Source of the DNA: Azolla caroliniana | Taxonomy: Eukaryota; Plantae; Polypodiophyta | Length of the DNA: 64,000 bases | Assembly: GCA_043228905.1 (NCBI GenBank) | Contig: JBHGNT010000015.1 | Coordinates: 4,712,001-4,776,000 of the forward strand | Direction: 5' to 3' | Part shown: positions 46,856 through 59,159 of the stretch, piece by piece | Position numbering within the stretch: the first letter of the stretch is position 1 | Layout of the letters: each line of letters opens with the position of its first letter | Position numbers and translations under genes: made by a program | The notes under the pieces: model-generated | Databases searched by the model: none | The model's input: the letters and a program-made list of their open reading frames with translations, nothing else | Told to the model about the DNA's origin: nothing

Positions 46856-47026
46856 ACAAAAGAGTTTCTTATTTCATAGAGCAACCATACAACAACCAAC
46901 CCCACAAAGAGGTTACAAGGTCACTATATATAGTGACTGACTTAGGGCAACTACCCTTTATGCTAATTACATAAATGGCCAAAACGGGATAGTGTGAATA
47001 CGTCCATTATACACATGTATTCGACA
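41646..47026 (-). mobile_element. Copia F (E family), intact
   Basis: LTRs 41646-41943 and 46727-47026 differ only in microsatellite length; perfect TSD CGGGT; PBS 46713-24. Confidence 0.97.
42137..46150 (-). CDS. Copia F gag-pol polyprotein (1337 aa)
   Basis: Uninterrupted ORF, nearly identical to the E protein; STTGY>STTVY change in RNase H. Confidence 0.96.
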   Translation of the reverse strand: MASTSGSSKMSLRKFDGSNFNFWKEQMQDYLIVKGQIDPIENEEPPEGFKPIEWQKLDRIVRATIRMHLSESVYFTVQSCTTAFELWKTLSDTYEKKVAATKMFLIRRLYNLRMKESDSVQAHLNEYESISSQISSQGTAIEDELRAMILMSSLPSSWETFVTTVCNASTTAVKYSEVTSAILTEAARRKSFAKDSTDDAYVVQGSTDRSNIRGRDSSRPPNNQRRRSQSRDNRTCNYCKKPGHIKADCRALKNKNNKKSGRHEEVNYVSFSADVLPDDPNILSIENPVGSEVLLTTEESSTWLLDSGASFHVTPHRSQFRQYTIRHSDSVRVGNSQHCDIIGIGTVELNLAGGSTLVLHNVRHVPELSRPLISVGQLDEDGIRAGFSSGGWTLHRGNLLLARGPKIHSLYPLHVTLREGNLFLVDIPVSSLWHRRLGHLSKAGITHLSRAGYIPKLSFSDHQFCEHCQYGKQVAASHPTSAPKETRPLDLVHSDVCGPMPHQSLGGASYFVSFIDDSTRKVWAYPIRTKDRVFSIFSDWLAMVENQTDRKLKCLRTDNGGEFKSDEFVKFCRQRGIRREFTAPHSPEQNGIAERMNRTIQERIVSMLQHSGLSDGFWAEALLTAVHIINMSPSRPLGLQIPQELWIGSKPNYDKLRIFGCEAYALIPKDDRRKLAPRSRKCIFLGYGSDGEMGYRLWDPERRQIVRSSDVVFNESAMNPSVEKPIEVRRVTFSDVPTLQEGPALNTRSASRVAEPYTTDSDNSDSAQPNVSVSDHPTSIPDATSPIIPRRSERLSQPPERYSPGIFFTDAGEPTSYEEASTSVDSATWNLAMESEMHSIRANKTWDLVELPRNRRALPCKWVYRLKETSDSTTPKYKARLVAKGFRQEYGVDFDEIFSPVVKMTTLRFLLGVVAADNLELIQLDVKTAFLHGDLEEEIYMEQPKGFVATGQEHLVCRLRKSLYGLKQAPRQWYKKFDDFIQSIGFSKSDEDHCLFTNTAQDGSPIFLIIYVDDMLISGRHAGELADLVRQLRLKFAMKDLGPARHILGMKISRHRNTRHLFLSQTDYIGRVLERFNMQSAKSASTPLPMNLRLSQRDCPTSGSEGEDMKSVPYAPAVGSLMYLMVATRPDISHAVGVVSRFMHNPGRSHWNAVKHVFRYLAGTKDHGILFGPNRTSGVVGYTDSDFAGCIDSRKSTTVYCFKFGNGAISWKSKLQECTTISTTEAEYVAASDAAKEALWLGRLAHTFRQVEHDSAPVVYSDSQGAVALSKNPVHHNASKHIDVRYHFVRDCVISGKIGLEKISTTDNVADGMTKCLSADRFRSLRHQMGVTTNQSG

Positions 47027-49567
47027 CGGGTTACCGGCCAACATCCGGTTTTCAATTGGGTAAGTCCTTTTCTCCTCAAGCCGGTTTTCATTGGATGATC
47101 CGGAGTTCATCACCTTCGTCTCCGACTCCTAGTCGGCAATGGTCCTATCTTCCATGAAGACTATGTCTCGACTCCGAAATACCTTCTTGTCGACCAGATC
47201 CAACACCCGGTAACCGAACTCATCATCACCGTATCCAAGGAATATGCACGGTCGGGACTTCAGATCCAGTTTTGCTCTCCTGTCCTTTGCAACATGCACA
47301 TATGCGAGACACCCGAATACCTTCAGATGCCGGTAAGACACATCCTTACGGGTCCATACTGTTTGCTGTGTGTCTCCGTCCAAGGGTACTGAGGGTGATC
47401 TGTTTATCACATAGGTCGTCGTCGTCAGCGCCTCAGCCCAAAACGTCTTGGGTAACTTTGCATGTGCCAACATGCTCCGAACTCTCTCCATTACGGTCTG
47501 GTTCATCCGTTCGGCCAGCCCGTTCAATTCCGATGTCTTTGGCACGGTGAATTCGAGCCATATTCCCTTTGACCGACAATACTCCTTGAATTGCCCCTGA
47601 TATTCTCCTCCATTGTTTGCTTGAACCGTCTTAAGCTTCTGGCCGGTTTCTCTCTCCACTCTCGCGTGGAGCTCCTTGAAGACGGATAACACCTGATCCT
47701 TCATCTTCAACGATGAGACCAACAACTTCCGGCTGTGGTCATCTATGAACGTCACGAAGTACCGTGATCCGGCATGTGACTTCGTATCCACTTGACACAC
47801 ATCGGTATGCACCAGCTCAAGTGGTGCATTCCGTTTCATTGGTGGGCTTGACTGGAAGGAGGTTCGATTTTGCTTGCCGGCAAGACAATCGGTGCACTTC
47901 TCAAGATGCATGTCCTTCATCGGAATGAGATTGTCTTCGGAAAGTCTCTTCATCCCTTTCTCACTCATGTGACACAGTCTTTTCTGACACAGTCTTTTGT
48001 GCCACTGCTCACTGGTAGTGTTGGATGCTACGTTCACTTCTTCCTGGCATATCCAGGCATGCATAAGATACAGTGTGTTGACCTTCTAGGCTCGACCCAC
48101 TATTAGGCTCCCTTTGCTGAACTTCATGACTCTGTTCTGGATGTTACCCGTGTAGCCTTCATCATCTAGCCGACTGACTAATATCAGGTTCAGTCGAACC
48201 TCCGGAACGTGTCGGACATCCTTCAGCAACAACTTGCATCCGGTTGGTTTTATCAACCACACATCTCTTATGTCAACAATTCGGCATGAACCTTCATTCC
48301 CCATCCGAACACATCAATGATTACCGGCTGTGTAGGATGAGAAGCATTTTCGATCCGGTGTCAAGTGGAATGACGCTCCGGAGTCGACAACCCACGTTGT
48401 CTCGTCGCCGACAAGGTTTAACTCATTCTCCTTGTTAATGAGCATCAGTTCCTCCCTGGTCCGAACTCTTCTTCGAATAGGTGGTTCCAGTTTCTTTCTC
48501 TTGCTAGAAATGCCGACAGTTCTTCTGGAAATGCATCGGCTTCCCACAATAGATTTCGACCTCGTCCCCGATTTGTCCCGATTTTGGGGACTCTGATATC
48601 AGCCTCTTCCCCGGTTGTGGTCATCTTCCGTGAGCAAGGCCTTTGGATCGGTTCCGGACTCCCGGTTCTTCCGGCGAGCCTCTTCATCTAGCAAGCTTGA
48701 TTTTACCTTTGCTAGGGAAAACGACTTTCCTTCCGGCCCGGCGTTGCCCAATGTGACAAACTTGTATCTCCCAACTATCCGGGAGGGAACCAAGCACGAG
48801 TAGTGCGAGTGCCTCATTGACAAGAGGTACTTCTAACAAGGTTGCCTGGTGGATCAGTCCCTGGAAGGCATTCATGTGCTCCGCCATACTGGAGCCGTCC
48901 TGGTACCGGAGCCTCACTAGCTTCTGTAATACCGAAACCCGATTGACAACATTCTTGTTCTGGAACATGATGCCGATCTTCTCCTAGAGTTCATGAGCCT
49001 TACTTTGTTCATTGAAGTTGTTGTACAGGCTCATGTTGATGAAGTACCGGATGTATGTTGTCGTCTTCATGTGCATCACCTCCTACATTGTGGCGTCGAT
49101 CTTATCCGATCTCTTGTCCCCGAACTGAACCGGCAACCAAAGATCTTTAACCACCAACATATTCCTCATCTTCGACTTCCACACTGAGTTGTTGGAGCCG
49201 GTGAGCTTGAACATGCCGCCGAATGATTCTTCCATTTCCTGTGTTGTTCGCTCGGATACTAGTTTGTAGAGAATAGCGCAAAATATAGCTCGGCCACAAC
49301 CGAGTCTTGAACACTTCAATGAGAATCAAACATAGAAATGGGAAGTAAGGAGTGAACGCACGTACACACACGAGTCAATAGAGAGGACACAAGATGTTTA
49401 TGTGGAAAACCTTAATAGGGAAAAACCACGAGAGCCCACAGGCTCCGAACTATCACTATATGAGAAAGGTACAATCAGAGATTCAGAGGCAATGACCTCG
49501 AGCTCTGTTTCTTCGCCAAGCGGCGGTTACAACAGAAACCGTTATGTATCTCACTCTCTCCCACTCT

Positions 49568-49608
<41 letters not shown>

Positions 49609-52304
49609 ACTATTATACACATACTACAATATGACTACAACAACATCTAAAGTGATTGTCCTAAGTCATATTTATACTTATATGAACTTAGGTCTATTTA
49701 CAAATATAGCCTCAATAGGCTTACTCAAACATATTTACAAATATATCTTCTCTTCCGGTTCTCGCCGGGTCCACCGATCCGGTTTCCGGATCTCTTCGGG
49801 TCCAGATCCCATTCGGAGGGACCGGTTTTGCCAACATGTTGATTCTTCAAAGACGATATCCCAACTTACATGAGCCTTCCGAGTAGAGGGGTTGAAGCAC
49901 TTGTACCCCTTTTGCTCCAGTGAGTACCCCATGAGGATGCACTTCTCTAATTTTGGGTCAATCTTCGGGAATGTGCACATATGCAATGGAGCCGAATATC
50001 CTTATATGGGATAGATCTAGCTTCTTCCCATAGTATTTCTCGTGTGGGGTGACCTCGTGCACTTTGGATGTTGTGCACCGGTTCATGAGGTAGTCGGCGG
50101 TATTTGCAACTTCTACCCTAGATGACTTTGGCATATGCTTCTCATTTAGCATGGCACTTGCTACTTCGAGGATGTGACGATTCTTGCGTTCGGCTACACC
50201 GTTCTGTTGCGGTGTGTGTCGGCAAGTGAATTTTGGTTGGATTCCTCGTCAAAGGTATGCCGTGAATGCATTAGAGAAGTATTCCTTTCCTCTGTCTGAC
50301 CGAAGACATCGTACATGGCGGCCGGTTGTCTTTTCGACTTTGCTTTTGAATTTTTGGAAGTGTGTAAACACTTCGCTCTTCATCCTCATGGGAAAGATCC
50401 ATGTGTATCTAGAGAAGTCGTCGATGAAGGTAACATAGTACTAACATCCTCTGAATGTGGCTGTCTGTGCCGGTCCCCACACATCCGAGTGGACTACATC
50501 CAATAGGCCTTTGCTCATGTTCCTCTCCTTCGGGAACATGTGTCAATGTTGCTTGCCAAATTGGCACGTCTCACATACTCCAATCTCTTTCTCTTTGAAG
50601 GTCGAGAGCCCAATGACGACTCCTTTCTGTTGCATCACCTTGAGTTTGTTGAGATTGATATGGCTGATTCTTTTATGCCATAGCTCTATGTCAGTGTCGG
50701 CTTTGAGACCCTTTGCAAACATGGCCGATTTTACCTTGTTCGCTTCGAGGATAAACATTTTGCCTTCCCTTACACCATGTGCAATTAGTCGGCCTTCCTT
50801 CCCGATAAAGCAACCACCTTGGTTGAATCAAACTTGAATCCCTTGCTCCACAATTTGGCCAACCAAGACCAAATTCTTCATTATGGTGGGTACATGTAAG
50901 AAATTTTTGATGCAAGTTTGTTCACCGTCTTTCCAAATGGGACATTGCCAACATGCCGAATCGGATGAGTGGTGTCGTCTCCGGTCTCGACATAACCGGG
51001 TCGATCCGACTCTCGTAAGTCTCGGAACCATTCTTGATGGGAGGTTATATGGTTCGAGGCACCAGAGTCGATGAACCATACATCTTCCGGATTGGAGGCA
51101 CTAATCGAAGTAGAGGCCGAAATAGAATTTTCTCTATGTCTCATCACGAACATTCCACCATGGTCTTCATAATCGGAGTTTGTGGTGTAATTTGTGAGTT
51201 GTCGGCTTGTGGAAATTGACTTGTGCTTCTTCTTTCGGCACTCTTCTTCATGATGACCGATTTTTCCGCAATATCTGCATTCGATCGAGGTTGGTCGGCT
51301 CGGACATGAATGGAAGCTCCCCCTTCTTCTGAAGGTTCCTCGATGGCTTCCGTCTTATTGCCAAAGTTGGGAGTTGTTGTCGTAAGTCAGACCTCGTCCG
51401 CCTCGTCCTAGCCAAATTAGTCTCTTGCTCGACTGTGTCCTCTTTCTCCATTTGAATGTGTGTAGAGCATGTGGCCTTTTGAGGTGTTGCTCCTTGTTCG
51501 AACATGGTTTTCTTCAACCAAAAACATGGATTGAAGATCGAAGAAGGAGGGCGGATTCTCCTGTACTAGTACGACGGTCCTCATCGCGCCGAACCGTGGT
51601 GCAAGGCCGCTGAGGCATATTTGCACCATCTCATCATCGTCCACATTGGTGCTTATTGAGTCGAGTGCATCACAAAGCTCCTTGATCTTCAAGGTGTAGC
51701 TTGTGATGGACATATCCCTTTGTTGGATGTTGTTCAACTCTTGGCGGAGTTGAAGATTTCTCGCGGTTGTGTTGGCGGCAAAAATCTTTCGTAGATTCTC
51801 CCACGCTTCCTTTGGCGTCTCGACTTCTCGAATGTAGCCGAGCCTGTGGTAGTGAACACATGTCACCAAGAAATACATCACTCGGCTTGCCGCTTGCTCC
51901 CATGTTGAGTAGTCGGCGTCCTTTGGGTTGGGTCGATTTTCTTGTGCTCCTTTGATGTAGCTCCAATAACCTTTGACCAACAAGGTATTGGTGCATTTTG
52001 TACTCCCAAGATGCGAAGTTGTTTTGGTCCAACTTCTTGCTAGGGAGAGCACTCCCCATTTGAGTATTCATGGTGTTCGATGTAGATTTCTTCCTTCTTC
52101 TTCTCTCTTGAATATGGCCTATGTAGCCCCACTACGATAGCGATGAGCCGGTTCTACTTGAACGTCGGCGTAGAGCACAACACACGTAGATGGGCTAGAT
52201 CGAGCTACCAAACTGCTCTGATACCATGTAAAGAGTCGATGGTGATTCTTGTGCAGTGGAATAGGTTAGAGATGTGTATTATGTGTGCGTGAGAGAGAGA
52301 GAGG

Positions 52305-52355
<51 letters not shown>

Positions 52356-52356
<1 letters not shown>

Positions 52357-53653
52357 AAGATATATTAACATCTTCTAAGGCCAAAATTGGCCCATGAGAC
52401 AAATGGTTTACAAAAAAATGGGATATTTACCCATTCATCGAAAGTAAAAATAAAAATAAGATAAAAATAGAGTTTAAGCTAAATAGTTCTAAGAAAATAA
52501 CAAAATTGTTCTATATAAAAAACATGTTCTACAATGAAAATGATGTTAAACTAGGCCTAATTTCATTTCCATCCAAGTCTCTCGAAGAGAAGCAGGAGGT
52601 CAAAGGGTTGTGATGTGGATGTGGCCCATGGTCCCAATGTAAAAGATACCCCAACCATAGCTTATAGTCGACGTAGCTCACGTTCTCTTATCTTCTTAAT
52701 CTTTTCTACTCCACGTCGACTTGTTTTGAAGCCCAACATCTGAGGGCGTTTGGTTGTTCTTTGCATTTCTGCTTCCTCAAGGGAGAGGCCGAGCGGCATA
52801 ACTGTATCCACATTCATCGCCTCCCCTTGTTCCTGAAAATTTACACTAGTTACATGTTGATGAATAGTAAAAGGGTTATGGTTAACACTTTGTAATTTAG
52901 TCTCCCTATATTGTTTTAGTTCTAAGATATACCTACCTAGTCTCTTTACACTCGGGGTATCTAATAGTTTGGAGAGGGTGGGAGAGGGTCCTAATATGTC
53001 TTGGTATTCTGCCCGTATCTCGACATAACTTGGGCACGTGCATGTGAAGTGATACTCATCCTCTACGTCTATATGGCATAATCTACATAGCCTTTCCTCT
53101 CTAGGGACTCTATTAGCCCGACCATTCTCAATCTCAAGTTGGTGAGATGATATCCTAAGTTGTCCAATGGCCACCCTTCGTGCATTTGATAAGAATGTAT
53201 CTTGATATCTTGGTCGTGTAATAAAACCTAACTTAGAGAAGTGCAAGAAGTGTTCCTTATAGTACAACATTTTCGATGGAAGTGCTCTCATGGGGTGATC
53301 CATTTATATCGAGTGTAAATTTGCCATATATTTCTTGGAGTATCACTTTATTATGGTCTTCATGAGAGGTTAGAGTTTGACCAATCCCATGGTTGTACTT
53401 AAGGGGAGGTAGGTTATTAATGTCTATGCCATTTGCAAGTAACCAACTCACCACAATGCTATACCAAGAGCTAGTGTGTCCAGACGCATGTAGGGATCAG
53501 GATGCCTCAAAGGCTTGATGGGATATCCTATCTTGTGGTTGACTATGTATCCGATGAATAAAAACTACTACTTGAAAGAGTGCTTCTACTAACATCGGGG
53601 GTAGACTAAACTCTACTCTAATAATGTCATGTGGTACTATCGATTTGCTTCGG
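52356..53653 (-). mobile_element. 5'-truncated non-LTR retrotransposon (LINE, RTEX-like) ORF2 C-terminus and 3' UTR
   Basis: RISSHQLEIENGR...PREERLCRLC...VEDEYHF..CP.Y zinc-finger tail typical of LINE ORF2; upstream fragment SKSIVPHDIIRVEF. Confidence 0.75.
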
Positions 53654-55231
53654 CCCATCTTCAGTTAGCATGCCGATGGAGACCAGACTCCTTTTCAGAT
53701 CAGGTACATGCCGAACTCGGTGCAGGGTTATTGTGTTTCCATTTGGCAATCGGATGGGAACCTCTCCGGTCCCTCCAATTATGCACTCTTGCCTGTTGCC
53801 TAGACGAACTGTGTCGCTGGTGTCGGTCGAATAGTTTGAAAATCATTCTATGTTGGGGCTCACGTGAAATGTGGCACCGGAATCCAGTAACCATGTGTGT
53901 GCATCTTGTGCACGGTAGAGGACTTCCCCGATCATGGAGTCCTCTAAGGAGAGAATTTCTCCTGATCGGGATTCGGCAACGTTGATTTGGTTGCCAGTTG
54001 GAGAAAGGTCTGAATCGGGTCTACCTTGATTTCGCTCGGATCAGTGAACATTCTCTTTCCTCTTGATTGACCAGCAATCGGAAACATTGTGGCCAACTTT
54101 TCTAGAGTGTGTGCTGAATTCGCCTGATCAGCCCGTTCTCGACTTCGACCGTTGTCAGTCTCCCCTTGTTTTTTATCGGTTGGTATTCCGACCGGTTGTG
54201 TCGGCTTGTTCTCTCGTACGACTCAGTCGAGTGATGGGCTTCTGCCAATTCATCGATGGTAAGTCCCATCGATTTTCGCCGAATGTCCTCGATGAGGACT
54301 TCGCCGATCGTCTCATCCAGATTTAGGATCGGTTGACTATTGGTGTATGTCGTGTTGAATACCTCCCAACTCACCAGCAAGCTCGATAGGAGGACAAGGG
54401 CTTTCACTTCTTCTTCGAAGTTGATCCCTTGTGAGGAGAGTTCTGACAACACCCGGCTGAAGGTGTTGATGTGGGAGGTAGCCGGACCGGTTTCTCTCAT
54501 CTTTATGTTGAAAACTTGTTTGATCAAAATCAATTTCGAAGATGAGGACTTCTTCTCGTACACGGCTTGTAACTTCTCCTACAGTGACAGCATTGTCGTC
54601 TCTTTTACCATGCTGAAGTAGACATTTTCGGCCAGATGCATTTGGATGGTAAAGCGTGCAATTTCGTCCATCGATTTCCACTCTTCGGTTGTCATCGAAG
54701 CGGGTTTTTCGTTGTGTCAAATAGCTTCGACTTGTCTTCTAATGATCAAAACATCCTACATCATCTCCTTCCAAAGTGCAAAAAATTTTCCATTGAACTT
54801 TCTGATTTCAACTCCAATTCCGGATGTTGAAGCCATATTCTTCTATAAAAAATGAAATTTTTACTAACCTCGTCTTTTTCTTTTGAGCTTCTTCTGTTGT
54901 CTGTTGCCATCGAACAACAAGGTTGCTCTGATACCAGTTGTGGAAGGTTTGGTAGGTGTGTGCATATGCGAAAGCGTATGAGAACCTGTTTGCGTACTCG
55001 GAAAACAACATAGAAGGGAAGGAAGGCGGAGACTTACATAGAAACTAGTTTTAATGGAAAGCTTTATTACGTTCTCTCTCTCTCTCTCTCTCCGTCAGAG
55101 ACTTGATACAATGTGGACCTCCTCTATCTTTGCAACGCTAGGTTATTGCTTATATACTAAGCCCTAACTATGTGGACGAGCTCACACTAGGACGGATACA
55201 AATTGGAAGGAGTCGGGCTTTTATGCCAACA
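53654..55231 (-). mobile_element. Copia G (H family): 5' LTR 54939-55231, PBS, gag and protease remnant
   Basis: GCTCTGATACCA at 54925-36; gag YEKKSSSSKLILIKQVFNIKM; cut off by the LINE after LVSIGMLTEDG. Confidence 0.82.
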
Positions 55232-58050
55232 ACTCTAGTCGATGAGTGGACAGAGTTATTATACGCAAATTCGGCAAAGTGGAGAATATCCGCCCAATCG
55301 TCTTGTTAATAGATTAGAAAACACCGAAGATATTGTTCTTGCATTTGATTTGTTCGTTTTGCTTGTTCATCTGTTTGTGGGTGGTAGTCGGAGGAGAGGT
55401 TACAAGTGACCTTGAGCATTTCGAAGAGATGCTTCCAGAATTTCGAGACAAATTGAGATACACGGTCGATGATGATACTATCGGGGAGGCCATGATGCCG
55501 ACATACCTCACGCATGACAGTTTCGGCAGTTTCTTCACTAGTGATATCCTTAGTACAAGGCAAAAAATGTGTCATCTTCGTATATCGATCTACTATTGTT
55601 AAAATCGCATTATATCCCTTTGAAACTGGAAGATCTGTGATGAAATCTAGAGAAATGGATTGACACGACTTGCTTTGAATTGGTAATGGTTCCAATAAAC
55701 CATATGGATCATGTCTTGGCATCTTTGCTCTACAACATGTATCACATGTCCAAACATAATCTTCGACAAATCGTCACATATGAGGCCACCAGAATGATCG
55801 TTGCACTAAATCCAACGTTGTAGTACTACCAAAATACCCTGTTGTATATGTGTCATGATAATTTTGGACTACTCGAAGGCGACAAGAACCATTAGGAACG
55901 TACAAGAGTTTCTTAAAGAATAGTAATCCATCATGACATTTGAATTGTCGATAGTCCGTACTTGGTTGTTGCAACTGTGAAAAAGATGCCCGAGAGGGAT
56001 CAATTTGTGCTAGAATGGGTTGAACGAAAGCGTCTGTCTTCAAGTCTTCATGTACGGTATTGATAATGTGGGAATCCAATGGCGTATCAAAAACCCACGT
56101 TGCTTGCAGTCGTGCCGGTCCTAGGATTACTTGCTTCTAATTATCGAATGTTGGCTCACCGAGACGCAGTCCTAGATACGAGCGTCGTGATAACGCATCT
56201 GCCTTCCCTTCCTGCTTCCCTGGATGATATGTAATTTTGAAGTCGAAATGAGTGAGGAATTGGGCCCACTGAGCTTAACGTCAATTTAATACATGAGCAT
56301 TCTGGAAGTAGGCAAGATTTTTGTGATCACTGAATACAATGACTTGATGAGAAGATCCCTCTAAAAAAGGCCTCTATTGTGGAAAAGATTACACTATTGC
56401 TAATAGCTCCTTGTCATGTATTTCATAGTTGATTTTGGCGGCGTCAAACTTGCGTGAGTGGAAAGCCACAGGATGTAGCTTTTCATCATCGCCTTGTGAC
56501 AGAATGCTACCCAAGGTGAAATCTGACGCGTCTACCTCAATGATGAACGGTTTTTTTGGATTAACATGACCTAGAATAGGTGCTGATGTAAATTCTTTCT
56601 TAAGACTCACAAAAGTTGTGTCTGCTTCTTTAGACCAAACAAACGACTACTCCTTCTTGGTAAGCTATGTGAGAGGCAGAATAAGCTTTGAGAAATCTTG
56701 TATAAACTTACGGTAGAAATTGCCAAAGCCTAAAAAGCATTGCATTTCTCACAACGAACGTGGAGTCTGCCATTCTAGCACCGTTTTGACCATAACTGGA
56801 TCCATAGAGATGCCTTCCAAGGAAATGACATAACCTAGAAATTCCACCTGGTTGCACTCGAAACTACATTTTTCTAGTTTTGCATAAAGACCATGTTCTC
56901 GAAGTCGTTTTAGTACTAATAGTACATGAGAATCATGTCATTCTTGAGTCTTCGAATAAACCAGTAGATCATCCAAATAGATGATCAAACAAATATCCAA
57001 GAGATCTCGAAATATATCATTTGTCATCTGCTGGAAGACTTTTGGCGCATTAGTGAGACCGAATGGCATAACTGTGTACTCGAAGTGCCCATATCTAGTG
57101 CGAAATGTGGTCTTCCATTCATCTCCTCGTCGGATCCGTATGAGGTTATATGCTCCTCATAAGTCAATCTTTGTGAAGAACTTTGCACCATTGATTCGTT
57201 CTAAAATACTCGTGATAAGGGGAAGTGCATACCTATTCCTGATGGTAACCTTATTCAAGACACGATAATATACGAAGAGACGAAGTGACCCATCCTTTTC
57301 CTTGACAAAGAAAATGGGTGCACAGGCTGGAGATTTCGAATGTCGAATAAAATTGTTTGCCAAATTCTCCTCTATGTAGGCTCGAAGGACTTCTAGCTTA
57401 GTTGGCGACAAGTTGTAGATTGGTCCCCGTGGTGGCTCTTTTCTCGGTTGTAAATCAATGGGACAATCATACGGTCGGTGGTGAGGAAGTGTACTGGCTT
57501 GTACCTTATCGAACACGTCGGCATAATGACGATACTTCTCTGGAAGTTGAACTGTGGATTCCTCTTTAGTGGTGTTGGAAGGTTTTACTGATACTGCGAA
57601 GACAAACATTGTTTCCTTGCGTCCTTCCTCACGCAATTGTTATAGCGAAATGGTTGCAATCCTATGAGTAGGTTCTTGGGTTTGTCGATACCGGATTTCT
57701 CTTGTTCTCCAATCTATGTCTGGGTTATGTAATTCGAACCATGGTAACCCCAAGACAATTGGATGATCTCGACTATTAATTATTTTAAATGATACTACAC
57801 ACACCAAAATATCTAGGACAACCTGAATCGGCTTTGACTCTTCTACGATATTTTTGGAAGCAATGGGACGACCATCAATAACTACTACAGATGTTGGGCA
57901 AGAAAGTTTTCTTAGGGATATCTGATGAGCTTGGGCAAAATTCCTATCCATGAAGCAAGAGTTGGCTCTGGAATCTAAGAGTGCTAAGACATGTACTGGA
58001 GGAGTACTTTTAGTAGTAACCATTACTTGAGCTAAGAACACATTGCTAGT
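55232..58050 (-). mobile_element. Gy3: LTR-less pol fragment of the Gy2 family
   Basis: PR-RT-RH-INT fragments colinear with and highly similar to Gy2 22540-25350; interrupted by Copia G. Confidence 0.9.
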
Positions 58051-59060
58051 TTGGTCAACATTTGGCGGATTGGGAACATTGGATCATTAGGATCTACTTC
58101 AATTGACACAAAACCTTGCACACAAGAGGGTGAAGCTTGATATAATTTATCCATCTTCACCACAATACTTCAAGTCAATCAAGTGCATTCTATGTACAAT
58201 TTCAAACATATAATTGCAACTCATAGTAGAGAAGATGTTGGTGGTGGAATGTGCCTTGGTCATAATTTTTTACCATGACCCTAAGCTATACTCGAATTCC
58301 CAATCCTTTCACAAGTTGCAAGTTGGCAATCTTGCCTCAAACTCTACAATGCCTAACTAGTAATCAAGTCAACAAGATCCCTTATTGCTTGTGAATCTTC
58401 AAGGTATAAACTTGGACTCTATTATAGGTCTTGTAAACTTTGCACATGTAAATTACCTCAAAATATGTCATCCTATCAAGCAAACATAACGCCACATCAA
58501 TGGATGATCTTACAACTACGAATGTGAGATAAACCTCTCCCTATGCCTCAAGTGTATGGTTCAAAATTGTTGGGTAGAGCCATCTGCCATTCCCAACTTA
58601 ATGTGTAAGCTTCAAGGGAACCATTTTTGGGCTTCTCTACTTAATTATAAAGTTAACTACCTTGCTTTTATCATGTAAGATGGTATTTCCAGCCCAATAA
58701 TTTCATTTCATCCTAATGGTATTTACCATTAGACATGATGCAGAACCATTTTAAGTTTTTTAGCATTGTGCTCTACTAGATGTCTTGCAAGTGTGTAGCT
58801 ATGCATTTGATGAAAACATTTGTCCATACAGACTTTGCTCTTGACTAATATGTTACAAGTATTGCAAAAGAACAGACAAAAAAACTTCCAGATCACATAA
58901 AATTCGCACTTTGGATTACTGAACAGAACAGCTTCAAAACTTCCTTTTAGATCAAAGTGTTTGAAACAGATTTGCATAATGAAACATCATGGTTAAATCC
59001 CATTTCTGACAACATGAAGGAATGATACACATGAAGTGATGCTGAAATGGAATGGATTTT

Positions 59061-59159
59061 TTAACCAATCTTAGCCAACACATCATTCAAGCTGGAGACA
59101 GTAGTAGCATAGTACTGCTCAGCCTTGGGCACACTCTTGCTCCTTGCAGCGAAATCCAG
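59061..59159 (-). CDS. psbQ: PsbQ exon 3 (oxygen-evolving enhancer protein 3; spliced CDS 711 nt, 236 aa)
   Basis: CAG acceptor, then LDFAARSKSVPKAEQYYATTVSSLNDVLAKIG-stop, the canonical PsbQ C-terminus. Confidence 0.93.
   Translation of the reverse strand: MDFAARSKSVPKAEQYYATTVSSLNDVLAKIG

Larger units (their letters stand above)
27391..49836 (-). mobile_element. Copia C (same family as B), decayed; hosts D, E and F
   Basis: LTRs 27391-27965 and 49265-49836, degenerate TSD TGTCC/TGTTG, PPT at 27966, degenerate PBS ~49250-61. Coding pieces at 27976-28310, 33767-34514, 40000-41645 and 47027-49235. Confidence 0.9.
9513..52355 (-). mobile_element. Copia X: decayed element expanded to ~43 kb by nested insertions (own pieces 9513-10852, 16078-16613, 21338-21498, 27049-27390, 49837-52355)
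   Basis: 3' LTR 9513-9919; matching partial 5' LTR from 52227 with PBS (GCTCTGATACCA 52215-26). The reading frame rejoins across each insertion: YVDD|LVIGG, AMNEE|MQAL, VFEEST|SWY. Confidence 0.88.

Noticed and set aside
58050-58980. Possible decayed coding sequence between Gy3 and psbQ
   Set aside because: No convincing frame or motif.
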